Shown in pieces: positions 1 through 13,600 of a DNA stretch of 64,000 nt. Every line of letters starts with the position of its first letter. Position 1 is the first letter of the stretch. The stretch is taken from positions 1,901,149 through 1,965,148 of the forward strand of contig NW_003314274.1 in assembly GCF_000143415.4 (NCBI RefSeq), written 5' to 3'. This DNA is from Selaginella moellendorffii (taxonomy: Eukaryota > Plantae > Lycopodiophyta). A model generated the notes under the pieces. It searched no databases and was not told the origin of the DNA. It was given only the letters and a program-made list of their open reading frames with translations. Both the position numbers and the translations under genes were made by a program.

Positions 1-455
1 CTGTGGCCTAATAACCTGGTATGGGTACCTTTACTCCCCCACTTCCATCCCGAAGGGAAGGCCCAAGCCCCTAGGAAGGGTGAGGACCAATGAGCTGCAA
101 GGTACTCAAGTGGGGCACCACTCCTTCTTTGGGTGGCCCTCTAGCACCACTTGAATGCATGCTCACTCCCACCCAAGGCCCCTCAACCCCAATCTCAACC
201 TCAAGTCAGTTTGGAAACACCATTGGAGAGTTCCTTCAAAATTGGTTCCTGAAACTCACTATCCCTACTATATTATTGGAACCCCCTGCAGCACCCCCCC
301 CGGGAGACACATGCTTTGGGCTTTCACCCCACGACTTGTATTAGTATTTGGACTTGGTCTCAAACTCGATCTCAGACTCGACTTCGGACTCGGTCTTAGA
401 CTTGATCTCGGACCCAACCTCAGACTCCATCCCGAACTCAATCTTGGACTAGGAC
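1..455 (-). mobile_element. Truncated fragment of the chromovirus 5' leader (same family as 48235-64000)
   Basis: 1-455 aligns by eye to ~62845-63540, including the CACTATCCCTACTAT...GGGCTTTCACCC block and the CTCGGA/CTCGAT repeat tract (340-455). No PBS or LTR follows at 456, so it is truncated. Confidence 0.8.
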
Positions 456-497
456 TGTAGAGTCGTATAAAGCCAGTAAATGAGAGAGAAATACTGA

Positions 498-1547
498 CTT
501 TGGTGGTTTCCATGTGAAGAGTGAAGCTGCCAAACTTCCCTCGTTGCTACATGCTGAAAGCAGTAGCTTCACTTGGCCCACCGTGAGGGGTCCCCAGGCA
601 AGAGGGGGAGGATACTCTGCCAGATCACAGCCATATATGCTCAAGCTTTGCTCAAAGTATCGGTCCCAGTCCTCCTTCGACAAGTCTACAGCTTCCATCC
701 TGTAACACTCGATAACTCCGCGTTCAATCTCTCTCAGCTCCTCCAGTTCGTTGCTAGGCTGCGATTCGACTTGAGATATGCGGTTTCTGATGAAGGCCAG
801 CGCAGTCGCACAGGCAGGCCCCTGAAGATACATATAACGTAAGAACGAAAACAAGGCAAGCACATAAAAATACCTCGTCCCGCCCGGGTAGCGTCACAAA
901 GTATAATGAGCGGACAAGTTGTTTAACGATGTCAAGCAAAGGGCTCGAGCTCTCACTGATCAGCAAAAGGTTAGACAGTTAGAAAGAAAACTTCAAGGCC
1001 CCAATCATGCTTACAGCTGCTCGACGAGTGAAGAAGGTACGCTTCGCCAGCCGAGCTCGAGAGCAGCTCTGGCGCTATCTTTGTCCTTGAAGTCAAGAAA
1101 AGCGTCCCATGATGAAGCCATCTCTGGTGGTTCATTTTCCCATTTTGCACCAGTTGGAGGTGTGACTCGAGGGACTGTGATCACACTTCGTAGAATGACC
1201 TGAGCGAAGCATACAAGTCGACGGATCTCAGCAATCGAAACCGACGCGCTAGCACTCAGAGCTTCAATGTCATGGAGGTTGTCGCAGCGGGAGACGTAAA
1301 GAATGGCCAGGAAGTAGAAGAGGTCGGCATCGTAAGCCTCCGGGCGCCAGTAATCGGTACCCCAAATAGAAGTAGCAGCGTGAAAACACTCGGCTTCACG
1401 GAGATCGTCCTCAGCTAACTTGACTAACTCATCCTCCACCTGTTTAGCTTTCAAGTAGCGCAGCGCCTGCCATTCCCTTGCCGATCTCCTATACAAACCT
1501 GACCTCGGGTCCAAACATTCTGCCTCTAGAAGCCGGTCTATCGCCAT
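498..1547 (-). CDS. Spliced gene of unknown function (at least 3 exons, ~310 aa)
   Basis: ATG at 1547. Exons 1547-1015, 955-874 and 821-~498 are joined in frame by GT-AG introns 956-1014 (59 nt) and 822-873 (52 nt), giving ...VEQL|ESSSPLLD...PGRDE|GPACATALAF.... No family recognised; 3' end uncertain. Confidence 0.6.
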
Positions 1548-1592
1548 AACGTTAGGGCTTTTCACACCGCTAACTTTTTAAATCGGGCGATC

Positions 1593-1598
1593 TTTATA
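1593..1598 (-). promoter_or_regulatory. Putative TATA box of the orphan gene
   Basis: TATAAA on the minus strand ~46 nt upstream of the ATG at 1547. Confidence 0.4.
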
Positions 1599-2071
1599 AG
1601 GGTTTCAAGCCAACTAAACGATTGAGACTAAACGATCGAGACTAAAAACAGTACTTTTTGTACATAGTATTGTCCATGTTACAAAAAACGTCGTCCTAGC
1701 CTAGTTATTTATCACATCCTGCCATCAAGCCGAAATTGCCTCTTGCTTTATAGAGTATCTAAACGATTCTTTTCTACCTTGCAATGGGTGGTGCTTCTTT
1801 CATGTGTAAGCCCTACATTCCAAGTTATTAGTTTGGAATGTACTGCTGTTCTGTCAACTTTATGAAGATCGTACTATACAGTTTAATAAATCTAAAGTTA
1901 TCAGAGTTCTAGATGAATTCTATGACGTGATAGAGGGGTCCAGTACCTCTAAGCACAGATAAACTCCTACATAAACTTAGAAATCACTTTGGAATCAGCT
2001 ATTCTCCTGTTATGGGGTCCACAACTTAGTGTGTACATAAGCACATCTTATCATCGAATGCTCACAGCACC

Positions 2072-3560
2072 ATGTTTCGTGTAGGGTTGCAAGTGGCCTC
2101 CAGATCTTTCTCGTCCGCGGCACCTGCTAAGGTAAGCTAGAAAAGATTTTAAAAGTTTCTCACGGGCTCTATGATCAAACCCAGAAGCTCAAGGTTGTAG
2201 GAGTTTTCTACAAAGGAGGAGAGCATGCTGCCAAAAACCCCAAATTCATTGGGAATGTTGAGAATTGCCTGGGAATTCGGCAGTGGCTCGAGGATCAGGG
2301 CCATGACTACATTGTGACTGATGACAAAGAGGGCCCAAGTTGTGGTAGGCTAATTTTTTTGTTATAACATTTCTCGGAGCACATAGCGACATTTTGATTC
2401 TGTTTTTGGTTTTGGCTAGAGCTGGAGAAACACATCCCAGACATGGATGTGCTAATCACCACACCATTCCATCCCGGCTACATGACTGCCGAGCGGATCC
2501 AAAAGGCCAAAAACCTCAAGCTAGCACTCACTGCAGGGATTGGCTCTGACCACATTGACTTGACGGCTGCCTCCAAGGCTGGCATCACAGTCGCAGAAGT
2601 CACAGGTAGCTGACTGGGCTTTTCGACTCTGACCCAAACCATCAAACACGGTCTTTGCATTGACGATCTCCCAGGGTCAAATGTGGTCTCGGTTGCGGAG
2701 GACCAGCTCATGCGTGTCTTGATCCTTTTGCGCAACTATCAGAATGGGTGGACCCAAGTCAACGCTGGCGGCTGGGACGTTGCAGAGATCGTTTCAAAGG
2801 CCTACGATGTGCAAGGCAAAACCATTGGCAGTGTGGGAGCTGGAAGAATTGGGTACCATTTGCTCAAGCGTCTCAAGGTATTACTTTTAACGAAGTTTTA
2901 AGGCTCGCCACCTTTGTTACATCCATGCAGGCGTTCGATTGCAACCTTTTGTATTACGATCGGGTGGCCATGCCCAGTGACAGGGAGAAAGAGACTGGGG
3001 CGACGCGCGAGGCCGACTTGGACACAATGCTGGCCAAGTGTGACGCGGTGGTGATGAATGTGCCGCTCACTGAGAAAACCAGGTAATGATATATGCTGAA
3101 AGAAATGATCATACATTAGTTTTCTGACATTTGTGACATTTGTGACAGGGGATTCTTCAACAAGGACCGCATAAGCAAAATGAAGAGAGGTGCGGTTTTA
3201 GTGAACAATGCGAGAGGAGCCCTCATGGAAGCAAATGCGGTGGCGGAAGCGTGTAAATCTGGACACCTTGGAGGTCTCTCTTTTCTTCTATTCTTCTGCT
3301 GTGATTTTGTTTGATCTTGGGAACGTGATCTAGGCTACGGTGGCGATGTTTGGTACCCGCAGCCTCCTCCGAAAGATCACCCATGGCGATCCATGCCAAA
3401 CAACGCAATGACTCCTCACGTCTCTGGATCGACGCTCGACGCCCAGGCTCGCTACTCGGCCGGCGTCAAGGAGATGCTCCGCCGCTACTTTGTTAACGAG
3501 GAATTCCCTGCGGATTATTACATTGTCAAAGACGGCAAGATCGCACCCCAGTACTTATAA
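2072..3560 (+). CDS. FDH: NAD-dependent formate dehydrogenase, mitochondrial (multi-exon)
   Basis: Transit-like [20 protein letters not shown], then [11 protein letters not shown]...DDKEGP, ITTPFHP, AGIGSDH, Rossmann [13 protein letters not shown] (NAD-type Asp), NNARG and [14 protein letters not shown]...TPHVSG. Short GT-AG introns; TAA at 3558-3560. Confidence 0.95.
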
Positions 3561-3808
3561 ATTCTCAAGTGAGTTCTCAAATAATGCAAAAACAAATAAT
3601 AATTATAATAAGATATTATTATAATTATGAATTCTTATATTTAAATTTAAATTAGTATAAATAAACAGCCTTATAACAAAATAGTCATACTTAAACCTCG
3701 GAATATCTGTTCAACAGAAAATGTGTCCTAGAATATGCTCGTGGTGTTTTAGACTGGCTATTCTTTCCCGGGCAACCGCTGGAAAGAGGGCCAGGGCGCC
3801 CCGCGGCT

Positions 3809-6800
3809 ATGGAGGATGACGAAGAGCGCGGCGGCCAGGCTCGGATTCTCCACGGCGATGTCAAGACCGCCTCGTTCCCGGTGCGCGCCAATGCGCTCAT
3901 GGCGAAGAATCTCGTGTTCCAGGTAAATCTCCCAGCTGCATTCCAGGGTTTGGATTCTCAGATCTTCCGCAGCGGCGAAGCTGGAAGACGAATGCTTGCC
4001 TGGTCATGTTTCCGGCATTGCTGTGCTTGCTGCTGTTTGGGATCCAGAAGATCGTCGATACGCTGATGAGAGAGCCGGCATTTACCTGTGGGTGTATGTG
4101 TGTTCCAGTGTCATCGGGCGACTGTGAGACACGGTGTGGCGTGGAGTACTCGGACAATGTCCAAGCCGTGACTTGCCCAGTTCCATCGCCTTACAAGATC
4201 CCCGCGATGATGCAAATATCGAGGAGACCCTTTCAGGCTGTTAACTTTGGAGGGGAGTTCCCAGGTTTTCCTGATCCATCGTGCCGGACGTTCTGGAGCT
4301 GTCCATACGTGTTTGTCTACACCGGGCAGAATCGATCCATCGCAGACCGTAAGTAGAGTTTTCTTTTTCTTGTTTTGGTCATGTAACTTCTATTGTTTCC
4401 TTTCCTTGCAGAAATCACGAACCAAATGCTGAATGACGAACTGGATCTCGGAAATCCGCTTTCTTCTCTTGTTCCAGTATGTCTTTTTTTCTTGGAACTT
4501 TAGATTTCTTATGCTGATGAGGACGTGTGCTTAGCGGTTTTGATACGTCCAGGCTAGTTTCAGAAGGCCGCCGCTTGCTTATTTCATGGAGCCAGGATTG
4601 CCCAACCATTTCTATGTCTTGCGTCGAGACTGCTCGAACTACAACGGCCAATGGATAGCTCCGTGTACGTAAGAACATACTTTACATTTCTCAGGTTGCA
4701 TAAGAATGGTTTATCTCTGTAGGCATTCCCACGCTTTTGCTGTGGCGGGAAGATAGACGGATCATAGACAAGGAAATTTACAGAGGCTACATGAAAGGAA
4801 ACGAACACAGATGGATCAATGAGATTCCTGCAGGTAAGATTTATAGTTTTCTTGTGATGCCTCTAGAGCTAACTTGCTAAAACTTGCAGCGTATGACTTT
4901 CAAAGCACGAGCTTGCAGAAGCTCGATGTAAATATCTTTTATAACGCAACATATGCTGGTGACATTCGAATGGAGTTTCCAGGAATACTTCGAGTTGCTC
5001 GTAGCCTGAATCTGGTATGTTCCTTTCCCGGTTGTAATTGTCCTTCATTCACGAGTTTTGAGTTTTGCAGGTCACAGAGGCCTTTCTAAAAACTATCCTG
5101 GGTTCAGTTGCTCGGTTGCCACTGCTGTTTATAAAGGAGATGCCAAAGCCAGAGACGAGATATGTTTTAGATTTTTCTTCGTTGCTTGGTCCCCTTTTCT
5201 ACATGTGGGTTGTCCAGCTTCTACTTCCAGTAAGTACGCTCGGTTAATAATCTTTTGGACTCTTTGACGATAAGAGACGAAGGCTCATTTTGCAGGTGAT
5301 GCTGACTTACCTGGTTTATGAGAAAGAACGAAACCTTCGTATGATGATGAAAATGCATGGTCTGGGAGATGGTCCATACTGGCTCATTACATACGCTTAT
5401 TTCCTTGCGCTTTCAACCTTGTATATTATTTGCTTCATTTTGTTTGGCTCTCTTGTCGGTATGGTTTTCCTGATTTCATTCACTGGAACGTGAATCACTG
5501 TGGCAGGCTTGCAGTTTTTTCGGCTCAACGACTACTCTCTTCAGTTTACTTTTTACATGGTGTATATGAACTTGCAAATAGCTTTATCCTTCTTTGGCGC
5601 CACACTGTTTTCTCGAGTCAGCACAGCCACAGGTATGTCGGTGCAAACATTTGTTACTCTGTTATTTACCTTCGGATGCGCAATGCAGTTTGCGGGTACC
5701 TGTATGTTTTTGCCTTCGGGTTGCTAGGAGCTTTTCTCTTCCAAAATTATGTCGAGGACGTGCATACTAGCAGTACGCGTTTGCCTTTGTGCTTTCTGGT
5801 GTATTGTCTTATTGTTACTTGGTTTTAGGAGTGTTTATATTCTTGTTGGAACTATTACCTGGTTTTTCTCTTTATCGCGGCCTCTATGAATTTGCACAGT
5901 ATGCGTTGGTCGGTGGGAAACAAGGAACTCATGGCATGCGCTGGAAAAATATCCACGATCGCGAGAATGCCTTCAAGCAGGTTGTTACAATAATGGCAGT
6001 CGAGTTACCGATCTTTACGATTTTAGCATTATATCTAGATCAAGTAGTTTCATCTGGAAGCGGGTTGAAGAGGCACCCTTTGTTTTTCCTGAAGCGATAT
6101 TTTCCCAGGCCTCAAGAAAATATTATTTCTCGAGTGTCTGAAGAAGGCGAACAAAAGCCAGATATTGCCAGAGAGGTATCTGCTTACAAAGTTGTGAGAG
6201 TACTTGCTTAATGCTTTTCTTGATAGGTACAAACTGTGCAAAGCTTAAGGGATGGGAATACGTCACTCTATTCGGTAGTTTGTGATGATCTGAAGAAAGT
6301 TTATATTGGGAAGGATGGCGGTCTTAGTAAATATGCTGTGCGCGGTTTATCATTGGCTATAGAGCGCGGAGAGTGTTTTGGGATGCTGGGACCAAATGGT
6401 GCAGGGAAGACGTCGAGTATCAACATGGTGACCTTTCTTTTCTTTTCACTCGATGTGAAGCTGTATATAACGTTCCTGCAGATGATTGGATTCCTTACAC
6501 CTTCGTCTGGAAAAGTATATATCGATGGCAGGGACATTTCCAAAGACATGGATAAGCTGTACGCGGTCATGGGAGTTTGTCCTCAGCACGAGTAAGGTGT
6601 TCACTAACTAGTGCTCTCTAACATTTCCTCGTTACTTTGGCAGTCTGATATGGGAACTATTGACTGGACGAGAGCATCTCCTCTTTTATGGCAGGCTAAA
6701 GAGCTTGAAAGGGTCTGCGCTTGAAAATGTGCGTATGTAACTGCTTAGTTCTATGCTTAATAACTCGTTGTTTTCTGCAGGCTGTGCAAGCGTCGTTGAA

Positions 6801-7556
6801 GAGCGTGGGCCTTTTTAATGGAGGTGTTGGCGACAAGAAAGCTGGGACATACAGTGGTGGGATGAAACGCCGGTTGAGTGTAGCTATATCCTTGATAGGA
6901 AATCCAAAGGTGAATGCCATCTCAGCACGATCACTAAACTTTCCTTGTTTCTGTGAAGGTTGTTTACATGGACGAGCCTAGTACAGGATTGGATCCAGCC
7001 TCGAGGAGGACACTCTGGAACGTGATAAGACAGGCCAAAGAAGACAGGGCCATCGTACTTACAAGTAATCTCTTTTTTTAACATGTATATTGTGCCTTAA
7101 CTCTCCAGTACTCTCACTGCAGCGCATTCTATGGAGGAGGCAGAAGCATTATGCGACCGGATCGGAATTTTTGTCGAAGGAAAACTACAGTGCATCGGCA
7201 GCTCCAACGATGTAAGCGGTGCACGATTTTGTTTTTCCTCTTTTCAACGCCACGAGTGTGACTTCCAGCTCAAATCGAGATACGGTGGCTCATACACTTT
7301 TACAGTCACGACGAGCCCGTCCAAGGAGCTGGAGGTGGTGGGGCTGGTTCACACTTGGTCACCTCGAGGAAAGAGAACATACAACCTTTCCGGCACGCAG
7401 AAATTCCAGCTACCGAAGGAAGGCGTGGAGCTGTCACGGGTGTTTAGAGACACAGAGAACGCGAAAGAGACGCTCGAGCTACAAGCGTGGGGCCTGGCGG
7501 ACACAACCCTGGAGGACGTGTTCATCAAAGTGATGAAGGAGCTCAAGCAGATGTGA
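3809..7556 (+). CDS. ABCA: ABC transporter A family half-transporter (ABCA7/ATH-like), copy A
   Basis: ANALMAKNLVFQ start, Cys-rich extracellular loop, [18 protein letters not shown], Walker A GPNGAGKT, signature [15 protein letters not shown]-loop HSMEEA and terminal [10 protein letters not shown]. Many short introns. Confidence 0.92.
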
Positions 7557-7756
7557 TGGAGAAGAAGGTCGTGGGGGTGTTTGAATACGAATATCCGCTT
7601 GTACATGGCGGTTCACGATTGCGGGAACCTCAACGGTGGATCTTCATCGACTACGAGGCATTCGAAGTATTTTTTCCTGGGTGCATGACCGATGAGGCTT
7701 AGTGCTTCTCTCGAGATCCAGCTCGTGGAAGACGCGGGAAACGCAGGATCAAAGCG

Positions 7757-9800
7757 ATGCCGCTGCCGGAGACACGGTCGCATTCTCGACTCAAGCCAAT
7801 GCGTTGCTCCGCAAAAATCTAGTTTTCCAGGTAAAGTTTACTTGACGGCGCACCTGAGTTTCTCTTTTTTCTTCCGTCGAACCATGAATTCCGATTTCCA
7901 GAGACGGCGATGGCTGCTAGTGCTCCTCCCGGGGCTGCTGTGAGTTTTGCGCTTTGCAATGCAAAAGATAATTGACTTCGAGAACAACAAAGCCTCCAAC
8001 AAGTGCGGCTGCGGTTGCGTGCCTCGCAACGATTCCAGCGGCGCTTGCGACAGAGTCTGTGGCAATGAGTATTCCACCGACAGGCAGGCGCTCACTTGCT
8101 CGGTTCCGTCGCCTCCGGAGGCCCCGGCCATGCTTTAAGTCCCAGATGCAAGATACCGAGCCGTCAACTTTGAAGGAAAGTTTCCTGGATTCCCAGATGT
8201 GACTCCGGATCTTGCGATTTAGTGCTCCTGTACACTGGGAGGAATCGATCATTGGCCGACAGTTAGTAGACGATCGAGAGATTGATTTCAGCCGACTAAA
8301 GATTTGATTGTCGCTTGTGCAGCACTGACGGATTATTTACTGAGCAATGGCTTCAATGCGTCTGCTGATCCCATCTTGTCAACTATCGTGCCAGTATATT
8401 CACGTTTTTCTTTTCACGGCAGCAAAGTATCTCACTTCATTGTCTTGGCGGCCAGGGAATATCTAGAAAAGTTTCATTGTCTTACTTTTTGGAGTCAATT
8501 TCCTGCACACAAGCTCTACAGAAGCTGGATCTCGTTGTCTACTACAACTCAAGCTATAGAGGCGATGTTGTCCGTATTCTTCGGGTTGCTCGAAGCATGA
8601 ATATAGTAAGCTCTCTAAGCTTCTCACGTTTTGGATTAATTTTTTCACTTGCAGGTTGGTTCAGCGTTTCTGAAACGTTGCTTGGCAGCTGCCTTTGGCT
8701 CTTCGGAAAGAAGTGCCGAAGAAACTATTTATAAACCTCACAGCCCTCTCTTTTATATGTGGGTAGTACAGCTTTTATTTCCGGTAAGTTAACAGTCCAT
8801 AGTACTTATATGCTTAGCTCCGTGGCTTTTGCAAGCGTAGGTGATTTTGATCTCCTTGGTTTATGAGAAAGAACGAAGGCTTCGAATGATGATGAAAATG
8901 CATCGATTCGGAGACGACCCCTACTGGTTTATCAACTACGTTTACTTCCTTGTGTTTTCCATGTAGTTCTTTTTCATGATTTTTGGCTATGCCATCGGTA
9001 AGCTCATTTGCATCTGCAATATTCCGCTTGACGACCATCCTTTTCTAGGCTTGGACTTTTTCAAAAAGAACTGTTACAGCATACAGTTTATAGTTTACTT
9101 TGTCTACATGAACATGAGAATAGCTATGGCTTTTCTGGCGACGAGACTGTTTTCGGATGTTTTGACTGCCACAGGTTTGATATTGTTTTCATTTTCTAAC
9201 TCAAGTTCTTTCCTTTTCATAGTTTGCGGGTACTTGTACGTTTTTGGGTTCGGGCTGTTAGGAACGTTTCTCATGGTAGTATATCGAGGACATGACTATT
9301 AGCAGTAAGTGAACGCATGAAGATTTTTTCAATCCAACTTCTGTCTTTTTTAAAAATTGTCTCAGGAAAGATATCTCTGCGACCGAAATACTTCCTCCCT
9401 ATACGTATTCTCGCAGTACGCGTTGCCGGGATCGAGGGCTGGTACAAAGGGAATGGAATGGAAGGACCTCGATAATGGATTGCGGGAGATTCTTCGAATG
9501 AATTATTTTCCTAGTTCTGGCACATTACCTGGATAAAGTGATTGCTTCGGGCTACGGGCTGAAGAGAAGGCCATTGTTTTTTCCACAAGTCGGCAGCTGC
9601 AGCCAGACCATCTAAGCAGGCCAGATGTTGCAAACGAGGTATGTATCTCTTCAACATGAAACGTACCTGACCTTTGCGTTATGTAGAGAGCAATCGTTAC
9701 CATCAAGGTGGAAAGAACGAGTGGAAAGAACGGCTGGGCATCCAAGCGTGGGGATTGGCAGATACCACGCTAGAAGATGTTTTCATCAAATTAGCAAACA
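7757..9800 (+). pseudogene. Decayed duplicate of ABCA copy B (B')
   Basis: Colinear with 10694-14404 but has stops and frameshifts (e.g. ATGCTTTAA at ~8130). A deletion at ~9700 jumps from the equivalent of ~13080 to ~14317 and removes the nucleotide-binding domain. Confidence 0.85.
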
Positions 9801-9834
9801 AGTAAAACTCTACATTCAAACTGGCTGTAAGGCG

Positions 9835-10473
9835 GAAACCTGGAATACTTCGAGTTGCATGAATCTGGTATGTTTCTTTCCCGGTTGTAATTTCCCTGTA
9901 TTGACGAGTTTTGCCAGGAGATGAGAGACGAGATATGTTTTAGATTTTTCTTCGTTGTTTTCTACTTATGGGTTGACATCCAGCTTCTGCTTCCAATAAG
10001 TACGCTCGTTTAGTAATCTATTTGCATGTTTGACGATAAGAGACGAAGATCCATTTTGCAGGTGATGCTGATTGCGAGAAGAACGAAACCTTCGTACATG
10101 GATGATCCATAAATCTTGTATAGTATTTGTTCGGCTCTCTTGTCGGTAAGGTTTTCCTGATTTCAGTCACTGGAATGTGAATCACTGTGGCATGCTTGCA
10201 GTTTCTTCGCTCACTCTCTTCAGTTTAATTCGTACATGGTGTATATGAACTTGCAAATAGTTTTATTCTTCGTTGGCGCAACACTGTTTTTTCAAGTTAG
10301 CACAGCCAGAGGTATGTAGATGCAAACATTTGTTACTGTGCTATTTACCTTCGGATGAGCTATGCAGTTTGCGGGTACTTGTGTGTTTTTACCTTCGGGA
10401 TGTTTGTACTTGTATGTCCAGCTCAAATCGAGATACGGCAGCTTGTTCACTTTCACAATCACGACGAGCCCGT
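9835..10473 (+). pseudogene. Decayed partial duplicate of ABCA copy A (A')
   Basis: Fragments match ~4980-5720 and ~7263-7320 with many internal deletions; the NBD is absent. Followed by a copy (10475-10700) of the spacer seen at 7565-7760. Confidence 0.8.
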
Positions 10474-10693
10474 GAGGCCGTGGGGGTGTTTGAATCCGAA
10501 TATCCGCTCGCACGTACGGCTCACGTTTTGCGGGAACTCAACGGTAGATCTTCATTGACTACGAGGCAGCCGAAGTTTCGTTCTTGGGGGGCATGACCGA
10601 GTGAAGGATTTGGGGGCGATTGAAAAGTCGGGGCCTTAGGGCTTCTCTCGAGCTCCAGCTCGTGGAAGACGCGGGAAACGCAGGATCAGGGCG

Positions 10694-13600
10694 ATGCCGG
10701 GGGGTGCCGTGCTGGAGACGCAGTCGGAATTGCCTGCTGCTACATTCTCGACGCAAGCCAATGCGTTGCTTCGCAAAAATCTAGTTTTCCAGGTAAGAGT
10801 TTCGAGCTTTTTCTTTCTGTCGGCGAGCTTCTTCGAACGATTTTATTGATTTCCAGAGGCGACGATGGAAAACCAGCTTGCTGCTGGTGCTTTTCCCGGG
10901 GCTGCTGTGCGTTTTCCTGTTCACGATGCAAAAGATCATCGACTCCGAGAACAACAAAGCCTCCAACAAGTGCGGCTGCGCTTGCGTGCCTCGCAACGAT
11001 TCCAGCGGCGCTTGCGACACGGTCTGCGGCGTTCAATATTCCACCGACAGGCAGGCGCTCACTTGCTCGGTTCCGTCGCCTCCGGAGGTCCCGGCCATGC
11101 TTCAAGTCCCAGATGCAAGATACCGAGCCGTCAACTTTGAAGGAAAGTTTCCTGGATTCCCAGATCCACGATGCCGTGACTCCGGATCTTGCGATTTCGT
11201 GTTCCTGTACACTGGGGGGAATCGATCATTAGCCGACGGTTAGTAGACGACCGAGTGAGTGATTCTAGTCTGACGAAAAGTTTTATTCTCTGTTGTGCAG
11301 CACTGACGAGTAATTTACTAAGCGACGACTTCAATGCTTCTCCCGATCCCATCTCCATCTTGTCTACTATCGTGCCGGTATGTTATGTTTTTCTTCTCAA
11401 GGCTGCCAAGCATCTCACTTCATTGTCTTGGCGGCCAGGGAACATCCAGAAAAGTTCCATTCTCTTACTTTTTGGAAGACGCATTGACAAAAAACTTCAG
11501 CATTTTGTTGCGTGACTGCACGAACGCCATGGGAATTCCATGTAACCCTTTCTTTTTTTCATTTCTATCGTTTTTGTGATCAAGAATTGTGTCAGGTGTT
11601 CCAACCGATATGGTTTGGAGAGACTCTAAGCAATTGATCGAGGAGGATATCTATGACGGCTACAGAAGAGCGAACCCTGAAAGGTTCATAAATGAAATAA
11701 CTTTGGGTGAGACGCTGGTATTCTTTGTTCGTAGTACTAATACACGAATACACTTTCACCACGTAGCTTACAACTTCCTGGACACAAGTTCTCAGAATCT
11801 GGATCTCGTTGTCTACTACAACTCAAGCTATAGAGGCAACGTTGCAAGTAATGCTAATTCGGTTCTTCTTCGGGTTGCTCGAAGCATGAATATAGTAAGC
11901 TCTCTAAGCTTCTCACCTTTTGGATTAATTTTGTCCCTTGCAGGCTGCTTCATCGTTTCTGAAAATGTTGCTTGGTCCTTCAACACAGCTGCCTTTGGCT
12001 TTTATGAAAGAAATGCCTAAGCAAGAATCAAAACTACTGATAAACTTCACACTGCTGCTTGGCCCTCTCTTTTATATGTGGGTGGTGCAGCTTTTATTTC
12101 CGGTAAGCTAACAGTCCATGATTACTATATTCTTTGCTCTGTGGCTTTTACAACTGCAGGTGATTTTGGTCTCTTTAGTTTATGAGAAAGAACGAAGGCT
12201 TCGAATGATGATGAAAATGCATGGTTTAGGAGACGGCCCCTACTGGTTTATCAACTACGTTTACTTCCTTGCCTTTTCGATATTGTACATACTCTTTCTC
12301 ATGATATTTGGTGCTGCCATCGGTAAGCTCATTTTCATCTGCGGTATTCTAGTTGACGAGCATGCTTTTCCAGGCTTGGACTTCTTCAGACAGAACAGTT
12401 ACAGCATACAGTTTGTATTCTACTTTGTCTACATGAACTTGCAAATAGCTATGGCTTTTCTTGGGACGGCACTATTTTCACATGCTTTGACTGCCACAGG
12501 TTTGATAGTTTCATGTTTTTTTACTTTCTCTCAAGCTCTTTACTTTCATAGTTTGCGGTTACTTGTACGTTTTTGGGTCCGGGCTGTTAGGATCGTTTCT
12601 CATGGAAAACTATATCGAGGACACGAATATTAGCAGTAAGTGAACGTTTGTAGATTTTTTCATCATAACTTGAACGTTTCTCAGGAAAGATTATCTTTGC
12701 GACCGAAATACTTCCTGGTTTCGCTCTCCATCGTGGCCTATATGAATTCTCGCAGTATGCGTTGCTGGGATCAAGTGCTGGTGAAAAGGGAATGGAATGG
12801 AGGGACCTTGCAGACCACGATAATGGATTGCGGCAGGTTCTTGCAATAATGCTCGTCGAGTGGATTATTTTCCTGGTTCTTGCACAATACCTGGATAAAG
12901 TGGTTGCTTCCGGGTGCGGGTTGAAGAGAAGGCCCTTGTTTTTCTTGGAAAGGTTTTTCCAAAAGTCGGCAACTGTAGCAAGTGATACAGATGATATAAG
13001 CAGACCCGACGTTGCAAATGAGGTATGTATCTCTTCGACATGAAAAGTACCTGATCTTTGCGTTACGTAGAGAGCAATTGTTGAGACGTTAAGGACTGCT
13101 AGCAATTCATCCTTTGCTATCATATGTGACGACTTGAAAAAGATATACGCTGGTAAAGATGGAAATCCGGATAACTACGCAGTTCGAAGTTTGTCGCTGG
13201 CTATACGGCGTGGAGAATGCTTTGGTATGCTAGGTCCAAATGGTGCTGGAAAGACTACTAGCATCAACATGGTAAGAATTCTTTTCCATTTTCATATCGC
13301 GAAAAAGACTGACTTTGCTATTGCGATAGATGATCGGGTTTTTGACTCCATCCTCAGGAAAGGCATTTGTTGCGGGATTGGATATTTCCAAAGACATGGA
13401 TAAAATCTACACAGTTATGGGTGTCTGCCCTCAACACGAGTAATAACTGAAAAAGACTTCCTTTTTTCCCTTTTATTGGTCTAACTTGAATTTATTTTTG
13501 TCCAGTTTGCTATGGGGATCACTGACTGGAAGGGAGCATCTTCTATTTTATGGACGCCTAAAGAATCTCAAGGGTGCTGCTCTGGACTCTGTATGTGTTT

